This document shows, one piece after another, positions 19,084 through 29,445 of a stretch of 64,000 bases of DNA. Source of the DNA: an uncultured candidate division WWE3 bacterium (lineage in GTDB: Bacteria > Patescibacteriota > WWE3 > UBA101185 > UBA10185); the NCBI GenBank assembly GCA_903879985.1, contig CAIRNR010000007.1, forward strand, positions 280,079-344,078, written 5' to 3'. The notes under the pieces are model-generated. The model searched no databases, was not told the origin of the DNA, and worked only from the letters and a program-made list of their open reading frames with translations. Made by a program: the position numbers and the translations under genes. Position 1 is the first letter of the stretch. Each line of letters begins with the position of its first letter.

Positions 19084-20005
19084 GTACTATATCTTCATCG
19101 TTATACTTGGCTTAGTTGTAACAGCGGCTTTGCTTGCCGGCTTCATAACTGGGGGTAATCCTTCTGACTTAAAGGCCATAACCAACGATGCAAACACAGT
19201 GAATTCTTTTTCATCAATAGAATCTTCTATTTACAGCTATTACGATAGAAACTCCAAACTACCAACCACATTAAACGATTTGGCGCTACCGGAACAAAGT
19301 CTGAAAAACAGTTCAACACAGAAACCTTTTGTTTATAATAAAATTGACTCCGTAAACTATACTTTATGTTCGGATTTTGCCACAAACGCAGCAGAGGTAG
19401 CAAAAAAATATGGCATGTCCAATTATGGGATGGGACAAGACTCCAATCATAAAAAAGGGTATGACTGTTTACAATATCACGTGACACCAAAAGTTACTGA
19501 AATTACACCCACGGTTCAACCAACAGCTACAACAGCAGTAGATGAAAATGTATTAGTGCAGTATTTTGATAAAAATAATGTTGCAAGTTATGGCGGCTTA
19601 ATTACAACTCCGGATAATTTATTGATACGCATTGGACCAGACGCCAAATTAAAAGAAGTTGCCGAAATTAGCTCATATTATTTGTTAGTAATACATATTG
19701 ACTTGGTATGTACAAATATAGACAAAAACAACTGTCCATTCTTTTTAAACTATATAGACCTAAAAACAAAGGATGGAAGTATGCTAACCAAGAACTTAAT
19801 GGGACAAACATTGTACACACCCTATATTTCTGAAAACCTAGGGGAGCTGCTTCCAATCTACAACATCACACCTAACACTGCGGCCTCTGGATATGTGGGA
19901 TTTTATGTGCCTACCAACATGCTTCCTTTAAACACACCAACTGATTTTTACATGTCCTACAGCGGTGTGGCAGAAGAAGCTAAATTAACAGTAACCCGTG
20001 AGTAA
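19076..20005 (+). CDS. membrane-anchored secreted hypothetical protein (pseudopilin-like N-proximal segment)
   Basis: N-terminal TM helix followed by IESSIYSYYDRNSKLPTTLNDLAL, which is reminiscent of GspG-type pilin heads. No G/FTLIE cleavage motif. Confidence 0.35.
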   Translation: MRKYYIFIVILGLVVTAALLAGFITGGNPSDLKAITNDANTVNSFSSIESSIYSYYDRNSKLPTTLNDLALPEQSLKNSSTQKPFVYNKIDSVNYTLCSDFATNAAEVAKKYGMSNYGMGQDSNHKKGYDCLQYHVTPKVTEITPTVQPTATTAVDENVLVQYFDKNNVASYGGLITTPDNLLIRIGPDAKLKEVAEISSYYLLVIHIDLVCTNIDKNNCPFFLNYIDLKTKDGSMLTKNLMGQTLYTPYISENLGELLPIYNITPNTAASGYVGFYVPTNMLPLNTPTDFYMSYSGVAEEAKLTVTRE

Positions 20006-20010
20006 ATAAG

Positions 20011-21555
20011 TTATAACCTCTTAAATAGATAAACCTTAGGACCATCGAAAAAGTTTAACGGGTACTTCACTTCAAAACTACCAACCTCTTCATAAACGTT
20101 TTTCCAATCCTTTCGTGTATATAATGGCTGAAAATAAAACATATATTTATAATTCTCATCACGATTGCAGTAGTTTTGTTGCCACGCATATCCGGCGGAT
20201 ATATCTCTGTTTTTAACACCTAAAGTTTCATGAATAGTGGAAGCATTGGCATATATTGTTCCATTGAGCAATACAAAATCCATAGCCAAGTTATATACGT
20301 AAAATATTAGCACGAATAAACCAATCGACATAAATACCCTAGCAATCTTGCTAAATGTTAAATGATCAAACAACGACAAAAAACCCAATAAAAATATCGG
20401 AATCAACGGCAACATGTATCTGTCGTAAAGTCTAAGCATAATAGACATTACTCCCATATAAAACAGTGCATACACAAAATATATATTAAATACTTTCTTG
20501 AATTTAAATACCAAAAAAGATAAAAACATAGCCACCATCATTTCGGTAATAAGCTGCCAATGAGTAAATAGTACATGTTCGTTAATAATGTGATATTTAA
20601 GTCCCATTGTGTCCCCATAAAAGAATCCACTTCGTCCTAAACACTCCGCAATAAAATACATATCGGCACTTCTCAACAACTTTGGACTAAACACCGAATA
20701 ATATGTGCAAAAAATCAAAACACTAAGCGCGACAAATAGTAATGCTTTTTTTGTACCAATACTTTTCACATATGAAATCATTGGAACTACAAGTATTGGG
20801 AGAACAAAACACAAAGCGTAAAACACAAACACGTAATTTAAAGTAAATAGTTGACCAAAATTTGTTAAATTTGTATATCGAAAACCTTGGTATTTGTTCA
20901 TTTCAGATGTTGTCGGAAAATATTTAAAGTAGTAAACCAAAAGAGCACTAGTTAATAACGTTTGAATACATGCTGAAACATATTTTTTCTTTATTACTAA
21001 CTGAGTGATCAAAGCCAGCAAAGATATAACAGACAACTGACGAACAAAAAATCCTGCTAAGGCTGACATATTTACTAAGACAAAGTATATTTTTTTATTG
21101 GTATTTAAATAATATTCTGAAAAAAGCAGAGTTAACAATAAAAACAACAGAAAATAGTTGTCCGTCATAAATCCTAAGGCGGAATAAATATGCAATGGTG
21201 CGAAGAAAAAAGTTAGTCCAATTAAAAGTGAATCTATAAGTTTTTTAACATAGAATCTGTAGACAATGATCGTAAAAATAATAAAATTCAAAACAGAAAC
21301 AAGTAGCGTTAATATAGGCAGACGTACTAACGAAAACATTCGTGCAAAACCCATGGCCATAAATCCTTGAGTGTAAAAGGCCGCCTCAAGTGATTTATCT
21401 AAAACAAAATCTTTGTTTAGAAAGTTAGTAACTTGTTTGTAATAAACCCAATCGTCATTTTGAAAAAAGTTAATCTTGTAGGAAAGCGGAAATATTAGTG
21501 CAAATAAAAGCAAACCAACTAGGAATATTTTTAATAGGTCTATTCTTTTTGACAT
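20011..21555 (-). CDS. polytopic membrane protein (GT-C-like / polysaccharide polymerase-like candidate)
   Basis: 12 or more hydrophobic helices. No catalytic motif recognised. Confidence 0.35.
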   Translation of the reverse strand: MSKRIDLLKIFLVGLLLFALIFPLSYKINFFQNDDWVYYKQVTNFLNKDFVLDKSLEAAFYTQGFMAMGFARMFSLVRLPILTLLVSVLNFIIFTIIVYRFYVKKLIDSLLIGLTFFFAPLHIYSALGFMTDNYFLLFLLLTLLFSEYYLNTNKKIYFVLVNMSALAGFFVRQLSVISLLALITQLVIKKKYVSACIQTLLTSALLVYYFKYFPTTSEMNKYQGFRYTNLTNFGQLFTLNYVFVFYALCFVLPILVVPMISYVKSIGTKKALLFVALSVLIFCTYYSVFSPKLLRSADMYFIAECLGRSGFFYGDTMGLKYHIINEHVLFTHWQLITEMMVAMFLSFLVFKFKKVFNIYFVYALFYMGVMSIMLRLYDRYMLPLIPIFLLGFLSLFDHLTFSKIARVFMSIGLFVLIFYVYNLAMDFVLLNGTIYANASTIHETLGVKNRDISAGYAWQQNYCNRDENYKYMFYFQPLYTRKDWKNVYEEVGSFEVKYPLNFFDGPKVYLFKRL

Positions 21556-21654
21556 ACTAATAAATAGTATAATAGAAAGCCTTTGGTGAAAACAACAAAA
21601 AGCGGGAAGCTTGTGGCTCCCCGCTCTAAAACCAAGGCTAAAGAACTAACCGTG

Positions 21655-22386
21655 TTAGTTCTTCAAGAAAGTATCAGTAAACTTCCAAAATGCGTCGTCA
21701 CCACCAAGTTTGGCAGCACACATAGCAGCAATAGACTTAACCCTAGTGGTTGGATGCAATTGATCCAAAGGCATTTGTCTGTAAGCCCATTTAACTTTTC
21801 CACTGTAATCAGTCAACAGTTTTGTAATTGTGGTACTAAATTGTTTGCAATAGGGACAATCATAATCTGAGTACTCGATTAGCGCATATCTAGCAAGTTT
21901 ATCGCCTCTTACATGGTCAGATGGTGTAATTGCAGTAACTTTTAATGCAGTTAAGTTTGTTCCGGCAATTACTTGATCCATTAAGGTCTTAAGATTGGTA
22001 TAAGGAACAGCTCCTGGAACCTCTACACCTTTACCTGTTTGAGTATCAACTATAAATGCTCCTGGAGTACCTTGAACTCCTGCAGTGGCACCTGTAGCCT
22101 CATCAGCGGCAACCAAATCAGCGGCCTCTTTTGATTTTGTACAAGTTTGAAAATCATCAGCATTGAGTCCTGCATCCTTTGCCATGGCAGCAACATCTAC
22201 AACAGCGGCTGTTTCACCGGCTGCAGCTGGAGTACCTGTATCTTTTACAGCAATTCCTGAACCTGTACCACCTTTAGTTTCAAGAACACCTACTTTGGTC
22301 CAAAGAGAACCAATTAAAAAGGCAGCGACGATTAAAAGACCAATAAGTACGTATTGCACTACATTGGATTTTTTCATTTCTTTCAT
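21655..22386 (-). CDS. DsbA-like thiol:disulfide oxidoreductase, membrane-anchored
   Basis: CPYC active-site motif (DYDCPYCKQF) and an N-terminal TM segment. Confidence 0.7.
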   Translation of the reverse strand: MKEMKKSNVVQYVLIGLLIVAAFLIGSLWTKVGVLETKGGTGSGIAVKDTGTPAAAGETAAVVDVAAMAKDAGLNADDFQTCTKSKEAADLVAADEATGATAGVQGTPGAFIVDTQTGKGVEVPGAVPYTNLKTLMDQVIAGTNLTALKVTAITPSDHVRGDKLARYALIEYSDYDCPYCKQFSTTITKLLTDYSGKVKWAYRQMPLDQLHPTTRVKSIAAMCAAKLGGDDAFWKFTDTFLKN

Positions 22387-22476
22387 TAATTTCCTCCTTT
22401 AAAATTTAAACTCTACAACGTAGAAAATATGCTACATGAATACTAAAAGCAAAGCAACCAACCCCGATAGTAATTA

Positions 22477-23460
22477 TTAGGCAACCTCACGAACCGTGTA
22501 AGTTTTACGCTTTGACGACTCAAAGTAGGTTCTCATTGTTAATTCTCCCAAGAGTCCGGTCATCATTGACTGTACACCAACGATGATTAACAAGATGGAT
22601 AGTATTAACAAAGGTCTGTTTGCAATATCTTCACCTAAAATTTTTAGGACAAGCAAATAAAAAACACTTATTCCGCCTAAACTTGTAATAACAAATCCGG
22701 TGAAACCAAATAATCTTCCGGGCATTGCGTAAAAAGGTTTTTTTGCAAAATAAATTAAAAATGCCAACGTGACTAAATCCAATAACACTTTTATTGTTCT
22801 TTTATTTCCACGGTAAGCTGAAACACCAAAGTCGCGATCTTTAAATTCAACATCAACCTCAATCATGCGAGCACCGTATGTACTAACGTAATCAGGAATA
22901 AATCTGTGCATTTCCCCGTAGAGTCTAAGGTTATCTATAATTACGCGACTGAATCCTTTCATTCCGGATCCACGATCTTTCATATCGATGCCTGAAACTT
23001 TTGTAATAATTTTATTGGCCATACCGCTTTTAGCTTGGCGACTTGCTTTTTCTGCGCCCCATCTACCAACACGATTTGTATTAACAAAATCGTAACCTTC
23101 GTCTAACAAATCTATAACTTTAACTAAGTTTTCCAAAGGAATTTCCAAATCGGCGGAAACTGTTATCACATATTCGCCTGTTGATTTATCAAAACCGGCC
23201 ATGTATGCGGCACTTTGACCAAAGTTGGTCATCATGTTTACGCCTTTAATTTCGTGAAACTTTTCGGCATAGTCTTTTATGACGTGCCACGTGTGATCTT
23301 TACTACCATCATTGACTGCAATGATTTCAAAACGATAGCCTTTGTTTTTAGCTAACTCCAATAGGCCATCAAATGTACGATCAATATTCTTTTCCTCGTT
23401 GTAGCAAGGAATTACTATTGATATAAGGGTATCTTTTGCCATATTTTCTCCTTGTACCAA
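22477..23460 (-). CDS. GT2 glycosyltransferase (DPM1/GtrB-like) with C-terminal TM segments
   Basis: ISIVIPCYNEE ... AVNDGSKD. The start is probably at MAKDTL (23442). Confidence 0.7.
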   Translation of the reverse strand: MVQGENMAKDTLISIVIPCYNEEKNIDRTFDGLLELAKNKGYRFEIIAVNDGSKDHTWHVIKDYAEKFHEIKGVNMMTNFGQSAAYMAGFDKSTGEYVITVSADLEIPLENLVKVIDLLDEGYDFVNTNRVGRWGAEKASRQAKSGMANKIITKVSGIDMKDRGSGMKGFSRVIIDNLRLYGEMHRFIPDYVSTYGARMIEVDVEFKDRDFGVSAYRGNKRTIKVLLDLVTLAFLIYFAKKPFYAMPGRLFGFTGFVITSLGGISVFYLLVLKILGEDIANRPLLILSILLIIVGVQSMMTGLLGELTMRTYFESSKRKTYTVREVA

Positions 23461-24377
23461 GCTACTTCTTTGGCAAGCCCGATTTGGGGTGTTGTAGTTG
23501 GGTTATAACCTAAAATATTACGCGCTTTAGTAATGTTGGCATGGGTTTCCTTTTGATCCCCCGGCCTCTTTGGTTTTATATCTATTTTTGCTTTCGCTCC
23601 CATAATTTCTTCGACAATCTTTATTCCTTCACCTGTTGTTATTGCTTGATCAGTTCCCAAGTTAAATATTTCACCCAAAACTTTGTCTTTGTTATTTAAA
23701 ACTAAAATTAAACCGTCAACAATATCTCCAACATATGAATAACTTCTAAGATGCTCTTCACTACCTTCATAAAAAGGTAATCGATAGTTTGGATCAAGTA
23801 TTGAGTTAATTAATTTTGGATATAGTTTTTCAGGACGCTCACGTTCACCATAAACTGAGAATAATCTGGTTGAACACGCTGGAAATTGCTGATCTCTATA
23901 ATACGATAACGCCAACTGTTCTGCTGCCAACTTTGTGACTCCGTAATTAGAAGTTGGTTTTGGAGCTGTGGTTTCGTCGTCCATTGCATGTGCACCATAA
24001 ACCGAAGATGTGGCGATGTTAACAAAAAGCTGTAGACCAGTTTGTTTTTTTGCGGCCTCCAACAAGTTATGTGTAGCAATAAAATTATTAGTTAAATAGT
24101 TATCAAATGGAGTTGTGGCAGAAATTCCTGGCTGCGCTGCCAAATGGAAAATAACATCAGCACCATTTAGGGCATCATCTAAATTATCCTTGGATAAATC
24201 TAAACGTGAAATTTCAACGCCCTTATCATAGAGATCTCTTGCGTTTTGTTCTTTTAGTCGGGGCAAATAATACGAATTAAAATTATCTATACCGGATACA
24301 GAATGTCCTAAACTAACTAATCTTTCTGACAGATGAGAACCTATAAAGCCTGCGGCTCCTGTGACAATGATTTTCAT
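23415..24377 (-). CDS. NAD-dependent sugar-nucleotide epimerase/dehydratase (SDR)
   Basis: TGAAGFIGSH Rossmann motif, and YGVTK is an intact YxxxK catalytic dyad. Confidence 0.8.
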   Translation of the reverse strand: MKIIVTGAAGFIGSHLSERLVSLGHSVSGIDNFNSYYLPRLKEQNARDLYDKGVEISRLDLSKDNLDDALNGADVIFHLAAQPGISATTPFDNYLTNNFIATHNLLEAAKKQTGLQLFVNIATSSVYGAHAMDDETTAPKPTSNYGVTKLAAEQLALSYYRDQQFPACSTRLFSVYGERERPEKLYPKLINSILDPNYRLPFYEGSEEHLRSYSYVGDIVDGLILVLNNKDKVLGEIFNLGTDQAITTGEGIKIVEEIMGAKAKIDIKPKRPGDQKETHANITKARNILGYNPTTTPQIGLAKEVAWYKEKIWQKIPLYQ

Positions 24378-24393
24378 ATTTTTTTATTATATA

Positions 24394-24711
24394 TCAATTC
24401 TTGGGCTGTGTAATGTTTGGTTCTCCGCCATATTCGGGCTGTTGTAATTCGGAGATTGTTTTTTTACCCAAAGCCCAGTTTAAAACATTAGAAATTGTGA
24501 TTCCAATTTTAATTCCTGTAAATGAACCGGGGCCGGGATTTGCTTTAAATTCGCTGATATCTTTAACAGTTAAATTGTGTTTTTCTAAAAGTTTTTTGAT
24601 TTCGGTGACAATATCAATAGGACCAGTGACTTTATCCAATATTTCCGCATCTTTATATAATATTACTTGTCGATTTTCGCGTTCGGTTGTGTCTATAAAT
24701 ATTTTGAACAT
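24394..24711 (-). CDS. tsaB: TsaB/YeaZ-like protein, N-terminal half only (105 aa)
   Basis: GPGSFTGIKIG is the Kae1/YeaZ signature. Lies immediately downstream of tsaE. Confidence 0.5.
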   Translation of the reverse strand: MFKIFIDTTERENRQVILYKDAEILDKVTGPIDIVTEIKKLLEKHNLTVKDISEFKANPGPGSFTGIKIGITISNVLNWALGKKTISELQQPEYGGEPNITQPKN

Positions 24712-24712
24712 A

Positions 24713-25141
24713 CTATCTCTTTATTAAAATTTTTCTTTCGTTTTCTCCTGTTACCTCAAAATGCATTTTTATTGTTTTAGCAGGAAGTGTTTCTTCTAAT
24801 ATTTCGGGCCATTCAATTAAAGTTACCGATGTTGGTTCACTAAAATATTCTGAAAGTCCTAATTCTGCAGCTTCTTCCTTTGAGGTTAACCTGTACAAAT
24901 CTATATGGTTAATTTTATTGATTTTTTCGTTACCTTTTCCTTGGTATTTTCTGGAAATAACAAAGGTAGGACTTTGAACACGGTTATCAAAACCCAACGC
25001 TTCAACCAAAAATCTGGTGAACGTAGTTTTACCGGCGCCTAAATCGCCATACAAAGCTACAATGTCGCCTCCATTTAAGGTTTGAGCTAATTGTTGAGCC
25101 AGTTTCTTAGTCTCTTCGGTAGATAGGACTGTAGTTTCCAT
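24713..25141 (-). CDS. tsaE: tRNA t6A biosynthesis ATPase TsaE
   Basis: LYGDLGAGKTTF P-loop. ~140 aa. Confidence 0.75.
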   Translation of the reverse strand: METTVLSTEETKKLAQQLAQTLNGGDIVALYGDLGAGKTTFTRFLVEALGFDNRVQSPTFVISRKYQGKGNEKINKINHIDLYRLTSKEEAAELGLSEYFSEPTSVTLIEWPEILEETLPAKTIKMHFEVTGENERKILIKR

Positions 25142-25458
25142 AATAATCCTGCAGAAATAAATGCACCCAGGGTATCAACACAAATATCAAACACACTACT
25201 ATCGCGTCCCAGCGTGAATCTTTGGTGATATTCGTCGGAAATTGCAAAAAGTATGGTGAATAACATTGATTTAACAATATCTTTAGTGGCTTTGTAATAG
25301 AAAACAAATAGTATTAAAAACAGCATGAAGTGACCATCAATATGTATACGTTCACTCGCAAAACCTGCATTATCCAAGGTTTGGGCCGTTGTTGCAGAAA
25401 GTATAAATATAGCGATCATCCAGAGTATGGCTGGAATCCATGGTTTTAGTTTTGACAT
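25087..25458 (-). CDS. VanZ-like membrane protein
   Basis: SDEYHQRFTLGRDSSVFD resembles the VanZ core (DExHQ.F.PGR). Contains TM segments. Confidence 0.5.
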   Translation of the reverse strand: MSKLKPWIPAILWMIAIFILSATTAQTLDNAGFASERIHIDGHFMLFLILFVFYYKATKDIVKSMLFTILFAISDEYHQRFTLGRDSSVFDICVDTLGAFISAGLLWKLQSYLPKRLRNWLNN

Positions 25459-26078
25459 TCACCCATTTTACCATGCAAAAAGCTGTAGCTAAAACCAACG
25501 TAGGCAAATGCTAAAAAGCAAAACATACTTAGTACAATCAATCTTCGCCGCGGTAATAACGAAGTTTTCGCTAAATTTTGAAGCTGGGTGTAATCAACTG
25601 CTGGAGTTGTTTCCGAGGACTGCGTACTTTCAGCTACGTTTCTAAAAACTGCAGGTAAATAGTAATTCAAAGACTTTTCTGTCCAATACAAACGCTTTGG
25701 CGTGGTATAAACTTTTTCGTTTTTTAAGGATATAACTTCAAACCAAATATTAAGTTTTTGAACCGATCCGTAATTAGCCCTAACTTGCATTTCACTTTTT
25801 AAGTGGGGCAGTTTATTTATAGATGAGCTTGATTCTAACCATTCCTTTTTGGCATCATCATATATTTCCACGTAACCATTTTGAATATATGGCCGTACAA
25901 CAAAATCTTCTGTTTTTAAATTTATAAGGTTGTAATCAAACTCAACTTTTACAGGTTTTAGAGTCCAGACAAAATAGCTTTCAGAAGCAAAAGCAAAATA
26001 TACTTGAGAATCAGCATGCACCTCACCTCCTCTCAGCAAAAATATAAATATTAAAATAGCTGCGATAACTAACTTCAA
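25446..26078 (-). CDS. secreted/membrane hypothetical protein
   Basis: Signal-anchor at the N-terminus and a hydrophobic C-terminus. Confidence 0.35.
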   Translation of the reverse strand: MKLVIAAILIFIFLLRGGEVHADSQVYFAFASESYFVWTLKPVKVEFDYNLINLKTEDFVVRPYIQNGYVEIYDDAKKEWLESSSSINKLPHLKSEMQVRANYGSVQKLNIWFEVISLKNEKVYTTPKRLYWTEKSLNYYLPAVFRNVAESTQSSETTPAVDYTQLQNLAKTSLLPRRRLIVLSMFCFLAFAYVGFSYSFLHGKMGECQN

Positions 26079-26157
26079 TAAAGAGAGTTTAAGAAATTTA
26101 TGAAAAAATTAAATGGGTTAGGGTCTATTGAGAATAGGAAAATTGCACAAAACTTAC

Positions 26158-27435
26158 TTAATCGTAAACAAAAGCTTCAAACATTGAAGTTTTTGCATAA
26201 TGGCTAGACAACTTAAGATCAGGACCATACCATGGATCATACATTATGTAATCGCTTCCACTCTTTGCGGATAAAACAATAAAGTGCGTTCCGTAAGGAC
26301 CCGCATGTATACCAACTATAACAGCATTGCCTTTTTTGAGTTGAGCATCAATAGTTGAAGATATTGCCGAGTACGATCCCCAGTTTGCTTTAAATTCCCC
26401 CGGAATCGTCATGTATGCAGTGTTTCCATAAAAAATATTTCTCCTTGCAATAGTTGCCGGCGTAACACTAGAACCGTGGCTTTTATAAACCATTGCAACG
26501 CTTGTTACTAAACAGCCTACGTCCATAATATCGTCATTGGATCTACCAATAGTTGTACCTGCCCAACGAGCGTCTCTTTGTGAAAAATACCAACCTTCTT
26601 TACCAGAGCCGAAACCATTAGCGCTAATCTGACCACCACCAGCTGCTTTAGTAAAATTGCCATATGCAGCAAGTTCTTCTTCAGCTTTTTTTAACATGTC
26701 CTGATATTTTTGTTCATCATTCTGCGTACTTGTTAACAAATCCTGCTTCTGAGATTTTTGATCTGCCAAGTCACCTTTATAATTATCTAAACTCGATTTT
26801 TGATTTTGAAGCTTAGAACGTAAAGTTTCTTGTTCAGTTTTTTTGTCTTCATATAATTTTTGTTGAGTATTGTAGGCATCTTTTGTACTCGCCATCTCAG
26901 CTAAAAGCTTGTTGTCATAAATTTCCATCTTTTGAAGATATTCGGCTTTACTAACCAAATTGGACAAGGTTCCAGCACCAAACAAAACCATAATTGGATT
27001 ATCACTCTTGGATTTGTATCTTTCTTGCATGCGTGCCGTTAAAACCTGTTTTTGATAATCCATAGAAGCTTGTAATTTTGTTACCCTCGCTTTTACTTCA
27101 TCTATGCTTCCGGCAAGGCGATCTATTTCACTTTCGGTATTTTGAATACTATTAAGAGCATTTTGTATTTTTAATTCGGTAAGTTGAATTTGAGAAGTGG
27201 TGTTAGCAATTTCATTTGTAAGATTATCTTCTGTCCCATTTAGAGTGTCTATTTTTGACTGCCACTGACTTTGCAAATCCTCCAAACAAGATTGTTGGTC
27301 GGCAGGTTTGTCTTTATCTTTACAAGCTTGAATAGCATCATCAGCGGAAATTGCGTAAACCCGAATAAACAAACCCAGAGAAAAGGCAACAAGCGTAAAT
27401 ATTAAAGAAAATATTAAAAGTTTTTTCGTGCGCAT
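26158..27435 (-). CDS. PcsB-like coiled-coil protein with C-terminal papain-like (CHAP/C39-like) Cys-peptidase domain
   Basis: Signal peptide, a long coiled-coil, then DVGCLVTSVAM ... GTHFIVL as candidate Cys/His. Lies immediately downstream of ftsEX. Confidence 0.5.
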   Translation of the reverse strand: MRTKKLLIFSLIFTLVAFSLGLFIRVYAISADDAIQACKDKDKPADQQSCLEDLQSQWQSKIDTLNGTEDNLTNEIANTTSQIQLTELKIQNALNSIQNTESEIDRLAGSIDEVKARVTKLQASMDYQKQVLTARMQERYKSKSDNPIMVLFGAGTLSNLVSKAEYLQKMEIYDNKLLAEMASTKDAYNTQQKLYEDKKTEQETLRSKLQNQKSSLDNYKGDLADQKSQKQDLLTSTQNDEQKYQDMLKKAEEELAAYGNFTKAAGGGQISANGFGSGKEGWYFSQRDARWAGTTIGRSNDDIMDVGCLVTSVAMVYKSHGSSVTPATIARRNIFYGNTAYMTIPGEFKANWGSYSAISSTIDAQLKKGNAVIVGIHAGPYGTHFIVLSAKSGSDYIMYDPWYGPDLKLSSHYAKTSMFEAFVYD

Positions 27436-27448
27436 AAGATTAGAGTGA

Positions 27449-28351
27449 CTAGTATTTTAAATACTTTTTAATCGCCGAATTGCTGCCGAAATAACCGAGT
27501 AAAAATCCCGAGGCAATGAGTATAACCACAAGAATAGCGGCAAATACAATCAGGTTAATCATTATTCCCGGCAAAAATCCCAAGGTCACACCTTGCTTAA
27601 ATATTCCAAAGGAATACAAGAGTATGTCCATAATTAAAATAATTAAGGCCGATATCGTTGCTGAGATAACTCCAAAAAATACACCTTGATAAATTAACGG
27701 TGTTTTAACATAAGAATCAGAAGCACCAACCAACTTCATAATTTCCAGTTCCATACCTTTAGAATTTATTGTTGTACGCAACGCGGCGATAACAACAGAG
27801 TACGAGATCACGAAAAAGGCAACGACAAATAAAAACCCTACAAGATAAACAACCGTACTCCAAAGCTTAAACCTGCTGATAACGTCTTCAAAAAATCTAA
27901 CTTCTCCCACACCATCAATTTTGGAATATTCCGCCGACATAGCTTTTAGATCAGAAATGTTTTTTGCAGAAACTTCTAAACTTGCGGGCAAAATTCCCGG
28001 TGTAATGGATTCAAGTAATACCGGCTGATCTTTGTTAAGTTCTTTAAAAATATTAATAGCATCTTCTTTTGATATGTAGCTAACATTGGAAACACGCGAA
28101 TCCTTTGCAATGTTAGCGCGTATCGACTGAATATTTTCTTCGGGCAAATCAAGTTTAAAGAAGACTGTTATTTGCGCTTGCTGTTCTAAGTATTTAAGAG
28201 CTGTCTGGGAAAATACAATAACGTTAATAAATATGCCTAAAAGTAAAAACGTAATCGTCATTACAGTGATATTTGATAAACTCATTAATTTTTCACGTTT
28301 TAGATTTTGAATAAGATTAGACCATTCTTTAGCCACGGTATTTACCTCCAA
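27449..28351 (-). CDS. ftsX: cell-division ABC permease FtsX
   Basis: 4-TM topology with a large first extracellular loop. Adjacent to ftsE. Confidence 0.8.
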   Translation of the reverse strand: MEVNTVAKEWSNLIQNLKREKLMSLSNITVMTITFLLLGIFINVIVFSQTALKYLEQQAQITVFFKLDLPEENIQSIRANIAKDSRVSNVSYISKEDAINIFKELNKDQPVLLESITPGILPASLEVSAKNISDLKAMSAEYSKIDGVGEVRFFEDVISRFKLWSTVVYLVGFLFVVAFFVISYSVVIAALRTTINSKGMELEIMKLVGASDSYVKTPLIYQGVFFGVISATISALIILIMDILLYSFGIFKQGVTLGFLPGIMINLIVFAAILVVILIASGFLLGYFGSNSAIKKYLKY

Positions 28352-29015
28352 CTTTGTCTGAAACTAATTTTCCCTCTTCAATACGAATAACTCTCTTTTT
28401 TAGTTTGTTAACAATCGCCTGATCATGTGTTGCCATTACAATAGTTGTGCCGAGTGAGTTTATTTTTTCAAGTATAGCCACCACATCGTCGGCCGAATCT
28501 GGATCTATCATTCCGGTAGGTTCGTCTGCAATTAAAACATCGGGTTCATGTGCCAAGGCTCGGGCTATAGAAACGCGCTGTTTTTCTCCACCTGAAAGCT
28601 GTTTTGGATACTTAAACATTTTGTCTGTTAAATTAACCATGCTTAAAACATTTGGAACAATGCTCTTTATTTCTTCTTCGGAGGCTTCTGCAACTTCCAA
28701 AGCTATAGCAACGTTTTCAAAAACATTTTTGGAATCTAAAAGCTTAAAGTCTTGAAAGACAACGCCAATTTTGCGACGAAGCTCCGGAACCGTTGTGTTG
28801 TCAACATTTAAGATGCTTTCACCGTTAAATAAAATATCACCACTATTTGGCTGTTCCTCTTTGGTTAAGAGTCTAACAATAGTGGATTTTCCGGCACCCG
28901 AAGGACCTACAATAAACACAAATTCTCCTTGATCAATGTCAAAAGAAACATCGTCCAAAACTTTAAAACCTGCTTCATATTCTTTTATCACGTTTATAAA
29001 ACTAATTTGAGCCAT
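28329..29015 (-). CDS. ftsE: cell-division ABC ATPase FtsE
   Basis: GPSGAGKST Walker A, LSGGEKQRVSIARAL signature, DEPTG Walker B. Confidence 0.9.
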   Translation of the reverse strand: MAQISFINVIKEYEAGFKVLDDVSFDIDQGEFVFIVGPSGAGKSTIVRLLTKEEQPNSGDILFNGESILNVDNTTVPELRRKIGVVFQDFKLLDSKNVFENVAIALEVAEASEEEIKSIVPNVLSMVNLTDKMFKYPKQLSGGEKQRVSIARALAHEPDVLIADEPTGMIDPDSADDVVAILEKINSLGTTIVMATHDQAIVNKLKKRVIRIEEGKLVSDKVGGKYRG

Positions 29016-29445
29016 TTAAGATTTCCACCTTATCAACCTGAAGTACTGCATGTTTGCCGTCAGAAGTCTTAACGACAATACCTGTTAATTTTACAGTTAA
29101 ACCCTCTGCAATTGATAGTCTTTGATCTGTCGCGCGCAACAAAATGATATCTTTTCCATCGGCTCCGGTTAAAACATATGATATTTTCTCGTTTGGATAG
29201 AATGCTGGGTTTACATAAGTAACTCGACCTTGGTAGGGTCCAGAAGGCACAGTAGCGCCCTGGGTTGGTGTGGGATTACCAGAATTTAATTCATTATTAT
29301 TTAATGAAGCAATTTTAAAATAGGCAATAGCAAGCACAACACACAGAACAATTACGGAGATTGATATGAGCCACGCGTAAAACTTTGAACTTTTAGTAGT
29401 ACTTAAATCATTGGGCAAGGACATTGTAACTGTATTATATCGCAT
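29002..29445 (-). CDS. membrane-anchored hypothetical protein
   Basis: Single TM segment followed by a soluble domain. Confidence 0.4.
   Translation of the reverse strand: MRYNTVTMSLPNDLSTTKSSKFYAWLISISVIVLCVVLAIAYFKIASLNNNELNSGNPTPTQGATVPSGPYQGRVTYVNPAFYPNEKISYVLTGADGKDIILLRATDQRLSIAEGLTVKLTGIVVKTSDGKHAVLQVDKVEILNGSN

Noticed and set aside
19076-20005. Type IV pilin or pseudopilin
   Set aside because: A GspG-like head-group segment is present, but the prepilin-peptidase site (G/FTLIE before the hydrophobic helix) is missing. Kept only as a remark in the feature call.
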